Assembly: GCA_046735395.1 (NCBI GenBank)
Contig: JBJKQR010000009.1
Coordinates: forward strand, 1-60,146
Source of the DNA: Fidelibacterota bacterium
GTDB lineage: Bacteria; Fidelibacterota; Fidelibacteria; Fidelibacterales; DSDE01
Length of the DNA: 60,146 nt
Reading direction: 5' to 3'
Numbering within the stretch: position 1 is the stretch's first letter; each line of letters begins with the position of its first letter. The position numbers were made by a program, and so were the translations under genes. Below are positions 18,891-29,337 of this stretch, in pieces. The notes beneath the pieces were generated by a model, which did no database searches, was not told where the DNA came from, and was given only the letters and a program-made list of their open reading frames with translations.

Positions 18891-21497
18891 ATGATCAAAT
18901 CACGGGATGTGCGGGAGCAGTTTATTAAATTTTTTACCGAAAAGCACGGTCATCATTTTATTCCCAGTTCTCCGGTGGTACCGCTGACTGATCCGACGCT
19001 TCTTTTTACCAATGCGGGAATGAATCAGTTCAAACCTTATTTTCTCGGTGAGCAGGTTCCGGAAATTACCCGCGCGGTCAATACACAGAAATGTATCCGG
19101 GTGAGCGGAAAGCATAATGATCTGGAGGAAGTGGGCCGGGATACCTATCATCATACTTTTTTTGAAATGCTGGGCAACTGGAGTTTCGGAGATTATTACA
19201 AGGCTGAGGCCATCGAATGGGCCTGGGAACTCTTCACCAAAGTCTGGGGACTTGATCGGGGGCGGCTCTACGCAACCGTCTATCGTGATGATGATGAAGC
19301 CTTTGATCTCTGGAAAAAGATCAGCGGCCTTCCCCAGGATCGCATCCTGCGTTTCGGTGAAAAGGACAATTTCTGGGAAATGGGAGATACGGGACCCTGC
19401 GGCCCCTGTTCGGAAATTCATTATTATCGCGGAGATTCCAAAATCCAGGATCCGGGACGCATCAATGCGGATGACCCTGAATATATCGAACTCTGGAATC
19501 TGGTCTTCATCCAGTACAACCGGGATGAACACGGAATCCTGACGCCGCTGCCCAAGAAGCATGTGGATACGGGGGCAGGCTTTGAAAGATTAGTGGCGAC
19601 GCTGAACGGGGCGAACAGCAATTATGATACGGATGTGTTCTTTCCGCTGCTGGGCGAGATTTCACGGATATCCGGGCATGAATATGACAAGGGTACGGCC
19701 GGAATGCCTCACCGGGTCATTGCCGACCATATCCGTATGCTGAGTTTTGCCATCGCCGACGGCGCCATTCCCGGCAATGACGGCCGAAGTTACGTGCTGC
19801 GCCGGATTCTGCGCCGGGCTGTCCGCTATGGCCGTCAGCTGAATCTTCACGATCCTTTTCTCTATCGTCTGGTGGATGTGCTCGCATCCCAGATGTCCGA
19901 TGTGTTTCCCGAGCTTTCTGCTCAGAAGGATCATATCTCCAATATTATCAAGGGTGAGGAGGAAAGTTTTTCCGTGACCCTGGACCGGGGACTGGAAATA
20001 TTTGAACAGATCTCCTCGGACTGCAATCGTGACAAACGGACGCTGCTGTCAGGTTCGGAAGTATTCAAATTATATGACACCTTCGGTTTTCCCATGGATC
20101 TGACGCGTCTGCTGGCTGAGGAAAAATCCCTGGCCATCGATGAGAAGGGTTTTGATGCCCTGATGACGGAGCAGAAGGAACGGGCCCGGGCCGCGGGAAA
20201 ATTCAAAACGAGTGTGAAGGACAGTCTTGAATGGGTAGAGGTCGGAGCCCCGGCCCCAACGAAATTTCTCGGTTACGAGGACCTGGAGGCTGACGCAACC
20301 TGCCTTAAATATGCGGTCAGCAGTGAAGATTGCTTCATTGTCTGTGACGTCACTCCCTGTTACGCCGAGAGCGGTGGGCAGGTGGGGGATCATGGCCGGG
20401 TCATTTTTGAAAACGGAACGAAGGCTGACATTCTGGATACGCTGATCTTCGGTGAAGACCGGGTTATGAAACTGCAGCGCCGCGATGATCTGCCCGAATT
20501 GCTGAAGACGCCCTTCAGACTGGTGGTGGATCGGGACCGGCGCCGGAATACGGCCCGAAACCATTCCGCGACGCATCTGCTGCATCAGGCGCTCAAGGAT
20601 GTGCTCGGTGGCCATGTCCGTCAGTCCGGTTCATGGGTCGGGCCGGAATATCTGAGATTTGATTTCAATCATCATACGCGCATCAGTGACGAGGAACTGG
20701 CTGCAGTTCAGCAGCGGGTCAATGAAAAGATTCTGGCCGCCGAAACGGTGACGATTAAAAGCATGGGATATCATGATGCGGTCGATCAGGGTGCCATGGC
20801 TCTCTTTGGTGAAAAATATTCAGAGGAAGTCCGGACTGTCCGGATGGGGGATTACAGCTTCGAGCTCTGCGGCGGTACTCATGTGGAAAATACCTCTGAT
20901 ATCGGCCTCTTCGTGATCGTGTCGGAAAGCAGTGTGGCCTCCGGAGTGCGGCGTATTGAGGCGCTCACCGGCCGGATGGCATCGGAAAAAGCCCTGGAAT
21001 CCATTGGCATTGCGGATGGGCTGGCTCATCGTTTCCAATGTACTGTGGATGAACTGCCTTCGCAGGTGGATGCCCTGCAGCGGAAAAAGTCGGAACTGGA
21101 AAAACAGCTCAGCCAGATGGAGAAAAATCTGCTGCTTTCGGATCTGGACAGTTTTCTGGCCGCGGGACAGACATTGGGAGACATTCGTGTGATCTCACGC
21201 TTTGTGGATGCAGGATCCATGGATCTGCTCAAGGAACTGGGAGATAAACTCCGGGAAAGGTGTGAGCAGACCATCATCATTCTGGGAATGAATGTGGACG
21301 GGCAACCGCAGGTTCTGGCGGCCGTAACCGACGATCTGCAGAAAAAGGGCTACCACGCCGGGAAAATCGTCGGCAGAATCGGCAAGGCGCTCGGTGGTGG
21401 CGGTGGCGGACGTCCGCATATGGCGACAGCAGGAGGGAAGGATCCGGACCTCCTCGAAAAGGTGCTTGAAAATTTTGAACCATTCGTTGAAGGATAA
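18891..21497 (+). CDS. alaS: Alanine--tRNA ligase
   Basis: LLFTNAGMNQFK, HHTFFEMLGNWSFG, editing HSATH/ELCGGTH, GGGGG DHHA1 tail. Confidence 0.97.
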   Translation: MIKSRDVREQFIKFFTEKHGHHFIPSSPVVPLTDPTLLFTNAGMNQFKPYFLGEQVPEITRAVNTQKCIRVSGKHNDLEEVGRDTYHHTFFEMLGNWSFGDYYKAEAIEWAWELFTKVWGLDRGRLYATVYRDDDEAFDLWKKISGLPQDRILRFGEKDNFWEMGDTGPCGPCSEIHYYRGDSKIQDPGRINADDPEYIELWNLVFIQYNRDEHGILTPLPKKHVDTGAGFERLVATLNGANSNYDTDVFFPLLGEISRISGHEYDKGTAGMPHRVIADHIRMLSFAIADGAIPGNDGRSYVLRRILRRAVRYGRQLNLHDPFLYRLVDVLASQMSDVFPELSAQKDHISNIIKGEEESFSVTLDRGLEIFEQISSDCNRDKRTLLSGSEVFKLYDTFGFPMDLTRLLAEEKSLAIDEKGFDALMTEQKERARAAGKFKTSVKDSLEWVEVGAPAPTKFLGYEDLEADATCLKYAVSSEDCFIVCDVTPCYAESGGQVGDHGRVIFENGTKADILDTLIFGEDRVMKLQRRDDLPELLKTPFRLVVDRDRRRNTARNHSATHLLHQALKDVLGGHVRQSGSWVGPEYLRFDFNHHTRISDEELAAVQQRVNEKILAAETVTIKSMGYHDAVDQGAMALFGEKYSEEVRTVRMGDYSFELCGGTHVENTSDIGLFVIVSESSVASGVRRIEALTGRMASEKALESIGIADGLAHRFQCTVDELPSQVDALQRKKSELEKQLSQMEKNLLLSDLDSFLAAGQTLGDIRVISRFVDAGSMDLLKELGDKLRERCEQTIIILGMNVDGQPQVLAAVTDDLQKKGYHAGKIVGRIGKALGGGGGGRPHMATAGGKDPDLLEKVLENFEPFVEG

Positions 21498-21502
21498 GAA
21501 GT

Positions 21503-22951
21503 ATGGAAACGAAACTTCTCATAGATCTGAGCAAAAAAGGCAATGTAGGGTCGAGTCTGCCCAAATGTGATGTGCCCGGGAATAAACTTGAGGATCTGTT
21601 CCCGCCGGAACTGCTTCGCGGGGACATAGAGGGAATGCCGGAGGTCAGTGAACCGGAAGTGGTGAGGCATTTTGTCAACCTGTCCGTAAAGAATCATCAT
21701 GTTGACAAGGATTTTTATCCCCTCGGTTCCTGTACCATGAAATATAACCCGAAGATCAATGATGCCATTGCGGCCATGACAGATTTTTCCGAGCTGCATC
21801 CGCTGCAGCCGGCCGCATCGGTTCAGGGTGCGCTGCAGATTCTGTATGAAGTGCAGGAGGCGCTCTGTAAAATTACCGGTATGAAGGATTTTACCCTTCA
21901 GCCCGTGGCCGGAAGTCATGGTGAACTGACGGGCGTGATGGTGATGCGGAATTACCACAAATCCAGAGGAAACGAGAAAAAATATATTCTGATCCCGGAC
22001 TCTGCTCACGGAACCAATCCGGCATCGGTGGTCATCGGAGGCTACAGCCCCATCACTGTCAGATCCACTGCCGAGGGACTGGTGGACCTGGATGATCTGA
22101 AAAGCAAGATTACGTCGGAGACGGCGGGATTCATGCTGACCAACCCGAATACGCTGGGTATTTTCGAGGAAAATGTCATGGAAATCGCCCGCCTGATTCA
22201 TGAAGTGGATGGCCTCATGTACATGGACGGCGCGAATATGAATGCCCTGCTGGGAATTGTCCGTCCTGCGGACATGGGATTTGATATAACACATATCAAC
22301 CTGCATAAGACCTTTTCCACGCCCCATGGCGGCGGCGGGCCCGGATCGGGGCCCATCGGTGTCACCGAAAAACTGCAGTCCTTCCTGCCCCGGCCTCATG
22401 TGAAAAAAACGGCAACCGGATATATTCTGGACAATGACCGGCCTGATTCACTGGGACGGGTTCATGGTTTTTTCGGGAATTTCGGCGTGGTGCTCCGCGC
22501 CTGGGCTTATATCAGAACTCTCGGTGAAGACGGCCTGAAGGCCGTTTCCCGTCATGCCATCGTGAATGCCAATTACCTGCGGGCCAGACTGGATCAGGCC
22601 TATGATCTGCCCTATACCCGTCGCACCATGCATGAAATCGTCTTCTCCGGTGACCGGCAGAAGAAAAACGGAGTCAAGACCCTTGATATCGCCAAGCGCC
22701 TTCTTGATTTCGGTATTCATGCGCCCACTGTCTATTTTCCCCTCATCGTGTCCGAAGCGCTGATGATCGAGCCGACCGAGACGGAAAGCCGGGAAACACT
22801 GGATCGATTTGCAGACATTATGATACAGATTGCCGGCGAGGCCCAGGCTCAGCCGGAACTTCTGAAAAATGCACCGGTCACCACACCGGTGAGCCGCCTG
22901 GATGAAGGAACGGCGAACCGTTCTCTCGATATAAACTGGCTCGGTCGCTGA
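21503..22951 (+). CDS. gcvPB: Glycine dehydrogenase (decarboxylating) subunit 2
   Basis: YPLGSCTMKYNP, SAHGTNPAS, NLHKTFSTPHGGGGPG. Confidence 0.95.
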   Translation: METKLLIDLSKKGNVGSSLPKCDVPGNKLEDLFPPELLRGDIEGMPEVSEPEVVRHFVNLSVKNHHVDKDFYPLGSCTMKYNPKINDAIAAMTDFSELHPLQPAASVQGALQILYEVQEALCKITGMKDFTLQPVAGSHGELTGVMVMRNYHKSRGNEKKYILIPDSAHGTNPASVVIGGYSPITVRSTAEGLVDLDDLKSKITSETAGFMLTNPNTLGIFEENVMEIARLIHEVDGLMYMDGANMNALLGIVRPADMGFDITHINLHKTFSTPHGGGGPGSGPIGVTEKLQSFLPRPHVKKTATGYILDNDRPDSLGRVHGFFGNFGVVLRAWAYIRTLGEDGLKAVSRHAIVNANYLRARLDQAYDLPYTRRTMHEIVFSGDRQKKNGVKTLDIAKRLLDFGIHAPTVYFPLIVSEALMIEPTETESRETLDRFADIMIQIAGEAQAQPELLKNAPVTTPVSRLDEGTANRSLDINWLGR

Positions 22952-22952
22952 C

Positions 22953-24590
22953 ATGAAAATCCGCTTTCAGGGGCACATATCCGAAATCATTCACGACCAG
23001 GCCTGCAGCGGGCTGGACCTGGCATCGCGTCTGTTTCCGGAAACCCAGGGTGAAATCCTGTGCATGGCGATTGACGGACACCACGAGAATCTTCACAATA
23101 CCATTCGGAAAAACGCCCGGATTGTGGATTTTTATACGGTTCGCGACAGCTCCGGTTTCAATTCGCTGGCTGCGACGAATATCGGAGTTCTGCTCTGTGC
23201 CGTTGAAAAACGCTTTCCCGGCGTTACGGTGGCTGTGGAACATTCGCTGGGGAACGGCTATTACTGTGAACCGTCCGAGCTTCCCGTGGATATGCCCGCT
23301 TTCCTGGCAGCAGTTCAGGAAGAAATGAATATTCTGATACGGGCGGATGTCCCTATTCACAGCCGCTTCATGTCGGTGGAGACACTAAGCGGCTACAACC
23401 ATGGGCGTTTCAAGTTTGTCCAGCAGCTGCGAAATAAAAAACTGCGAATCTCCTTTCTCTGCGACCAGGTGCACTGGTTCAATGCTCCTCTGGCGCCCTC
23501 CACGTCCTATATTAAGAAATTCACGCTGACGGCCTATGACAAGGGTTTCGTCATCCAGTTTCCCAACCGCCTTTATCCTGATTCCATCCCGCCCCTGCAT
23601 AAAAGCAACCGCATTTTTGAAGTTTTTCAGGAGTCGAAGCAGCGGGCACAGCTGCTCAATATCCGTTTTGTCGATCATCTCAATCATCTGGTGGAAACGG
23701 ACAAATTCTATGAGGCGATTCAGATCTATGAGGCGCTTCACGAGAAGAAGATCGCCAGCATTGCCGATGCCATCGTGGCAGCCCGGGGCGTGAAATTTAT
23801 TTTCATAGCCGGCCCCTCATCCTCCGGCAAGACCTCCTTCATGAAACGTCTGGCCATCCAGCTTCGGATCAATGGTGTGTCCTTCAAGGCCATCTCGCTG
23901 GATGACTATTTCATAGACCGGGAAAAACTTCCCTACGATGCGGAGGGGAAACAGGATTTTGAGGATTTTGATGCTCTGGATCATGAGTTGTTGAAGAACC
24001 ATCTGAAAACACTTCTCGCCGGCAGGGGCGTGAAACTGTCCCACTATGATTTTCCGACCGGAACCCAGCAGCGGGAGACGGAGGAAACCTTTCTCGGCGA
24101 TAATGAACTGCTGATCATGGAAGGCATTCACGGGCTCAATCCCCGGCTGACCACCGGGATCCCGGGGGACAGCATCTTCCGCATTTATATTTCGGCGCTG
24201 ACCAGCCTGAATTATAATATTTACAATCGCATCAGCACCTCCGATACCCGATTGCTGAGACGCATGATTCGGGATGATAAATATCGCGGACACAGCGCGG
24301 AGAACACCCTGCTGCGCTGGCCGTCTGTCCGGGCAGGCGAAGAGAAATGGATTTTTCCCTATCAGGAACAGGCCGATGCCATTTTTAATTCCGCACTGGA
24401 ATATGAATGGTCCGTATTCAGGCCCTTTCTCTCCGGAAAACTGCGGCGTGTACCCCTTTTCAGCCCGGTGAAACCGCAGGCCCAACGCCTCCTCAATCTG
24501 CTCGAACTCTTTCTCCCCGTACCGGTGAAACATATTCCACCCACTTCCATTATCCGGGAATTTTTAGGTGGAAGTTCGTTCATATACTGA
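22953..24590 (+). CDS. Uridine/nucleoside kinase with N-terminal ThrRS-like domain
   Basis: AGPSSSGKT P-loop, ISLDDYF, EGIHGLNP, RLLRRMIRD, REFLGGS. Confidence 0.85.
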   Translation: MKIRFQGHISEIIHDQACSGLDLASRLFPETQGEILCMAIDGHHENLHNTIRKNARIVDFYTVRDSSGFNSLAATNIGVLLCAVEKRFPGVTVAVEHSLGNGYYCEPSELPVDMPAFLAAVQEEMNILIRADVPIHSRFMSVETLSGYNHGRFKFVQQLRNKKLRISFLCDQVHWFNAPLAPSTSYIKKFTLTAYDKGFVIQFPNRLYPDSIPPLHKSNRIFEVFQESKQRAQLLNIRFVDHLNHLVETDKFYEAIQIYEALHEKKIASIADAIVAARGVKFIFIAGPSSSGKTSFMKRLAIQLRINGVSFKAISLDDYFIDREKLPYDAEGKQDFEDFDALDHELLKNHLKTLLAGRGVKLSHYDFPTGTQQRETEETFLGDNELLIMEGIHGLNPRLTTGIPGDSIFRIYISALTSLNYNIYNRISTSDTRLLRRMIRDDKYRGHSAENTLLRWPSVRAGEEKWIFPYQEQADAIFNSALEYEWSVFRPFLSGKLRRVPLFSPVKPQAQRLLNLLELFLPVPVKHIPPTSIIREFLGGSSFIY

Positions 24591-24618
24591 GTATCTTAAC
24601 TGAAACCGAAAGTGAAGC

Positions 24619-25773
24619 ATGGAAGTCCCGAAGAGTTCTGTTGATCTGCTGATGGAGAAAAATGTTCTCTCCCGCTGGGATATTACCAGCAAGGTTCCGC
24701 GGGGCTTTATCAATTTTTCCATATCCGAGCCGAATTTTCCCACACCGGCGGCCATCCGGAATGAGGCTCAGCAGATTGTGCTGTCAGAGGATCTGTCCTA
24801 CAGCCCCACACCCGGACTGGATGAACTGCGGGATCTGGTGGCCGGAAAATATTTTTATGCAGCCGGCCGTGAGGGTGTCACCATTACCAGCGGCGCGTCC
24901 GAAGCGCTCTACAGTATCATGATGGCCCTGATCCGTCCCGGCGATGAAATTCTGCTGCCTGCCGTCAGCAATCCGAATTACGATTCGGTGGCGCTGCTGA
25001 CCGGCGCCGCCATTCGCCGCTATCCTGTAAATACCCGCGAAAAACAGTTCGTCCGGGCTGATATTCTCCAGCCCCTGCTCAACGAAAAAACCCGTGTACT
25101 TCTGCTCAATTCTCCGCTTGATCCCACGGGACAGACTCTCACGCAGGAAGAATTTACCGTGATTTCCAATCTCTGCCAGGATCGGGGAATCATGATCATT
25201 CTGGATTATACCTACCATGAAATCATTTACGACAGCAGGAGCTTTTCATTCAAGAATATCAGTAATAATGTGATTGTATATTCCAGCCTGTCGAAAGTGT
25301 TCAGTCTCACCGGATGGCGTATCGGATGGATTCTGAGTAATCCGGAGGTGGCCGAACGTCTCAATGCCATCCGGAACCTGATCAGTACCTGCGCGCCGAC
25401 TGTCAGTCAGCGGCTGGCAATCCGGTTTTTCAAGGGCCTTGCCCGGGAGAGTTTTGATAAAATTCTCAGTATTCTCGCCAACCGGAAAAAACTCATGGTG
25501 GAAAGCCTGCGTCAGGCGGATCTCAATGATTTTGTGGAGCCCAGCGGAGGCTATTACCTCTTTCTGAATCTGGAGCATCTCCTTCCCGAAGGCATGGACA
25601 GCACGGCGTTCACCGCATCGCTGGCGGAAAAAAAGGAAGTGGCCGTCGTACCCGGATCCCTTTTTGGACGGGAGGGAACTTCATCCATCCGCATTTCCTT
25701 TGCCACGGATGAAGCAAGTATTCAGAACGGTGTCAGAAAAATCCAGGAAATGACGTCTGAGCTGAATGCCTGA
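24619..25773 (+). CDS. Class I/II PLP-dependent aminotransferase
   Basis: SLSKVFSLTGWRIGW, TSGASEA, VVPGSLFG, IRISFA. Confidence 0.9.
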   Translation: MEVPKSSVDLLMEKNVLSRWDITSKVPRGFINFSISEPNFPTPAAIRNEAQQIVLSEDLSYSPTPGLDELRDLVAGKYFYAAGREGVTITSGASEALYSIMMALIRPGDEILLPAVSNPNYDSVALLTGAAIRRYPVNTREKQFVRADILQPLLNEKTRVLLLNSPLDPTGQTLTQEEFTVISNLCQDRGIMIILDYTYHEIIYDSRSFSFKNISNNVIVYSSLSKVFSLTGWRIGWILSNPEVAERLNAIRNLISTCAPTVSQRLAIRFFKGLARESFDKILSILANRKKLMVESLRQADLNDFVEPSGGYYLFLNLEHLLPEGMDSTAFTASLAEKKEVAVVPGSLFGREGTSSIRISFATDEASIQNGVRKIQEMTSELNA

Positions 25774-25778
25774 ACGTC

Positions 25779-26249
25779 ATGAACGAACAAAATTTCTTTA
25801 CTCATGAATATTGGATGGAGAAGGCTCTGAATGAAGCCAGAGCGGCTGCGGAGGAAGGTGAAATTCCTGTCGGCGCGGTCATCGTCCGGGATAATCGTAT
25901 TATCGGACGGGGACATAACCGCCGGGAAAAACTGAATGACCCGACGGCTCATGCGGAAATCATTGCCATCACGGCTGCCGCCGAGACCCTCGGCAGCTGG
26001 CGCCTGACCGACTGTACGCTCTATGTGACCATGGAACCCTGTCCCATGTGCGCAGGAGCCATTGTCAATTCCCGCGTTCCCACCCTTGTCTACGGGATCA
26101 AGGACAGCCGGGCCGGAGCGGTTGATTCTCTCTATCATCTCTGTGAAGATCCCCGTCTCAATCACCGTGCGCTGGTCTTCAGCGGGATTCTGCAGGATTC
26201 CATCATGAATCTGGTGAATCAGTTCTTTTCAGAACTTCGGAACGAATAA
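25779..26249 (+). CDS. tadA: tRNA adenosine(34) deaminase
   Basis: EIPVGAV, TAHAE, TMEPCPMCAGA, LNH. Confidence 0.93.
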   Translation: MNEQNFFTHEYWMEKALNEARAAAEEGEIPVGAVIVRDNRIIGRGHNRREKLNDPTAHAEIIAITAAAETLGSWRLTDCTLYVTMEPCPMCAGAIVNSRVPTLVYGIKDSRAGAVDSLYHLCEDPRLNHRALVFSGILQDSIMNLVNQFFSELRNE

Positions 26250-26316
26250 TCCCCTCGAATTATTTTCAGTCGATATGGAATCACAGCTCTGCGGACCCGC
26301 AGGGCAAAAAATGACT

Positions 26317-26345
26317 TTGACTCTGAAAATTCCGCTTCTTATATT
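26317..26345 (+). promoter_or_regulatory. Sigma70-type promoter of the TetR-MMPL operon
   Basis: TTGACT-17 nt-TATATT. Confidence 0.7.
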
Positions 26346-26362
26346 TAGACCGAATGGTCGAA
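26345..26362. promoter_or_regulatory. Probable TetR operator
   Basis: Dyad TTAGACC-GAAT-GGTCGAA directly after the -10 box, upstream of tetR. Confidence 0.6.
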
Positions 26363-26380
26363 TAATCAGAAAGGGTCATT

Positions 26381-26983
26381 TTGGCCAGAACCGTGAATGA
26401 GAAGGAACGGCGGACGCAGATGGAGCGCATACTTCGGGAGGCAAAGCATCTGTTTGCGGTTCACGGATATAATGAAAGCAGTCTGAGAGATATTGCCGCA
26501 GCGGCAGATATGGGCAAATCCACATTGTATTATTATTTTCGGTCGAAGGAGGATATCTATCAGGAAATCATTCTGTCCGGTGCACGGGACCATTACCGTG
26601 AACTGGAAGGGAAGATGGAAGGGATCAGCACTGCGAACGAAATGATCCGGGTCATGCTGCAGGGATTTCTTGAACAGGCGGATGCGGATCCGGAACTCAT
26701 CGGCTTGCTGTATCCCCACGGACGGAATGTTCCCCGCGAGGTTCTGCAGAGCCCGGAGGTCCGGCAGGCTTTCGGCTCATTCCGGGAACCGATTCAGAAT
26801 GCCTTTCTCCGGGTGGTGAATGATGCGGCGCGTCATCGGGCTGAAGATATTTTTCAATTGATCTGGACGTATCACAGCGGAATCTCGGTGAAGCTGGTCA
26901 TGGGAATTCCATCGCATACACTGCGGGGAGAGCTGAATCTGATGATTGATGCACTGATAAACATATTGGGAGAAAATTCATGA
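26381..26983 (+). CDS. TetR/AcrR family transcriptional regulator
   Basis: SLRDIAAAADMGKSTLYYYFRSKEDI HTH; TTG start. Confidence 0.93.
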   Translation: MARTVNEKERRTQMERILREAKHLFAVHGYNESSLRDIAAAADMGKSTLYYYFRSKEDIYQEIILSGARDHYRELEGKMEGISTANEMIRVMLQGFLEQADADPELIGLLYPHGRNVPREVLQSPEVRQAFGSFREPIQNAFLRVVNDAARHRAEDIFQLIWTYHSGISVKLVMGIPSHTLRGELNLMIDALINILGENS

Positions 26984-29337
26984 TACGACTGACAAGATGG
27001 GTAATCCGGTATCCGTTATGGGTCACGGGAATCATATTTGTGATCACCGCGTTTTTTGCCATGCAGCTCAAGAATATGAAAATGGATCCCGACATCACGA
27101 ACAGCCTTCCGGATAATCTGGAAGCGAAGCGCCTGTATGACAAGATGGGAGAGGTGTTTCCCTCCAAGGAATTTGTATTTGTCGGACTGGAAGCTGACGA
27201 TCCGCTGTCTCTGAAGGCAGTGCAGACCATGTTCAGCCTGACGCAGGATGTGGAAAAATTTCCGGGAGTGTATCAGGTTATTTCACCGACAAATATCGCC
27301 CTCATCACGGGGACGGCAGACGGCATGGATGTGCGGGACGTGCTGCCGAAAATGCCCGAAAGCGATGAGGACCTTCAGGCTTATCGTGATCGACTGTTCC
27401 GCAGCGATCTGGCCCTGAAAAATCTGATTGCCCGGGATACATCCGCTCTGGGGATGATGATTTTTCTGCGGAATGATGTGGACAATTCGGAGTTCGCCGA
27501 AAAATTCATTCATTTTATTGATACGCGGCCGCTCCCGGAAGGAATCAGCCTGTTTGCGGCCGGGAAAAGCATTCTATCCCATTACATCGGTGTGGGAATG
27601 CAGACGGATATGAGCACCTTCTTCGGTGGCGGTATTCTGGTTATCTTTGTTCTGCTTCTCTTCATTTTCCGTAATGTGAGGGGCGTGGTCCTGCCGCTGA
27701 TGGTAGTGATATTTTCCGTAATCTGGACTCTGGGACTGATGGTGCTTCTGGGATTCGCCCTGTCTCACGCCATTACCATTCTGCCCATTCTCGTCATGGC
27801 CATTGCCGTTGCGGACTCGATTCACATCCTGACGCATTATATGAAAAATTCGGCAGAGCAGACCGATAAAAAGGCTGTTGTACTGAAAACGATGGGAGAT
27901 ATGAATTCTCCGGTTCTCATGACCTCGCTTACGACCATTGCAGGATTTATCAGCCTGGGGACCGTGTCGACGGAATCCATTATGGAACTGGGACTGTTTA
28001 CTGCAGCCGGTGTTCTGTTTGCCCTGATCCTGAGCCTGTCTATAGTGCCGGCGCTTCTCGCTGTCCTGAAGCTTCCGAAAGCCCGACGCATGAAGACGAC
28101 TGTTACCGGACCTTTCACAAGCCGTGCGGCGCTGGCAACGGTCCGTTTTTCCGTGAAAAATTTTCAATGGTTGTCTCTCCTGCTTCTCATTCTGGCGCTT
28201 GTCGGGTTCAGCCGTCTCCGGCATGAATCCTCCACGAAGGATAATTTCCCGCCCGATCATCCGGTACGCATTGCCTGGGATAAAGTGAATTCCCTGTTCG
28301 CCGGCAGCACCTCGTTTCAGATCATGTTTGAGGGAAACGCTAAGGATGTGATGAAGGACCCCCGGATTCTCCGTGATATGGATGATCTCAGCCGGCAGAT
28401 CCGGAACATTGATAAAGTGGGGGATACACAGTCTATAGCGGATTTTATCAAGAAATTCAATAAGGTTCTGAATGGGGACGATCCGGCTTTTTACCGGATA
28501 CCTGCGGATACGGAGACCATTGTAGGGAGCACCTGGATGGAGCGGGACGGCCGCTGGGAGGAAGTGGAGGAAGAGACGAAGACCTCCGGCCGCGATCTGG
28601 TCGCCCAGTATATCCAGCTCTTTGAAATGAGCGGCAAGCCGGATGACATGGCCAATCTCGTGGATTATGACTATCGCAATGCCAAAATGTCCGTATTCAT
28701 CCACGATGACAGGGCCAGTCAGCTCAGACGTATTGACAGTGAAATAAACCGTGATCTCCGCGGAAAGTTCGCAGGGGTGACCGTAGCTGTGACGGGAATG
28801 GCCAAACTGATTCTGGTTGTGGATGAGCTGATTGTAAAGGGGCAGCTCTACAGTATCCTCACATCGCTGGTTCTCGTCTGGATTCTCACTTCCCTGATGT
28901 TCCGGTCGCCTGTACTCGGGCTCTTCAATACTCTTCCCCTGTTCTTTGCCCTCATCCTCAATTTTATCATCATGGGACTGTTCAGCATTCCCATCAATCT
29001 GGAGACCATGGTTACCTCCAGTATCGCCATCGGTGTAGGAGTGGACTATGCCATCCATTTTGTCTACCGCTATCAGCAGAAATTCCGGGACAGCGGGAAT
29101 TATGAAGAGGCCTTTGTGCTGGCCTTCGCGGATTCGGGACTGGCCATCGTGTTTAATTCCTTCATCGTGGCAGCGGGCTTTTCCATCATCGCCCTGTCAC
29201 AATTCGTAGCGGTCAGCTATATGGGAATCCTTATCACCATGACCATGCTGACATCGGCTGCCGGTGCTCTGATCGTTCTGCCTGTCCTGTTTATCAGATT
29301 CAAACCCCGGATTTTCCGGAAAAACCTGGGTGAATAA
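26980..29337 (+). CDS. MMPL/RND family transporter
   Basis: Two repeats with AIAVADSIH and IGVGVDYAIH, about 12 TMs, large periplasmic loops. Confidence 0.92.
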   Translation: MIRLTRWVIRYPLWVTGIIFVITAFFAMQLKNMKMDPDITNSLPDNLEAKRLYDKMGEVFPSKEFVFVGLEADDPLSLKAVQTMFSLTQDVEKFPGVYQVISPTNIALITGTADGMDVRDVLPKMPESDEDLQAYRDRLFRSDLALKNLIARDTSALGMMIFLRNDVDNSEFAEKFIHFIDTRPLPEGISLFAAGKSILSHYIGVGMQTDMSTFFGGGILVIFVLLLFIFRNVRGVVLPLMVVIFSVIWTLGLMVLLGFALSHAITILPILVMAIAVADSIHILTHYMKNSAEQTDKKAVVLKTMGDMNSPVLMTSLTTIAGFISLGTVSTESIMELGLFTAAGVLFALILSLSIVPALLAVLKLPKARRMKTTVTGPFTSRAALATVRFSVKNFQWLSLLLLILALVGFSRLRHESSTKDNFPPDHPVRIAWDKVNSLFAGSTSFQIMFEGNAKDVMKDPRILRDMDDLSRQIRNIDKVGDTQSIADFIKKFNKVLNGDDPAFYRIPADTETIVGSTWMERDGRWEEVEEETKTSGRDLVAQYIQLFEMSGKPDDMANLVDYDYRNAKMSVFIHDDRASQLRRIDSEINRDLRGKFAGVTVAVTGMAKLILVVDELIVKGQLYSILTSLVLVWILTSLMFRSPVLGLFNTLPLFFALILNFIIMGLFSIPINLETMVTSSIAIGVGVDYAIHFVYRYQQKFRDSGNYEEAFVLAFADSGLAIVFNSFIVAAGFSIIALSQFVAVSYMGILITMTMLTSAAGALIVLPVLFIRFKPRIFRKNLGE

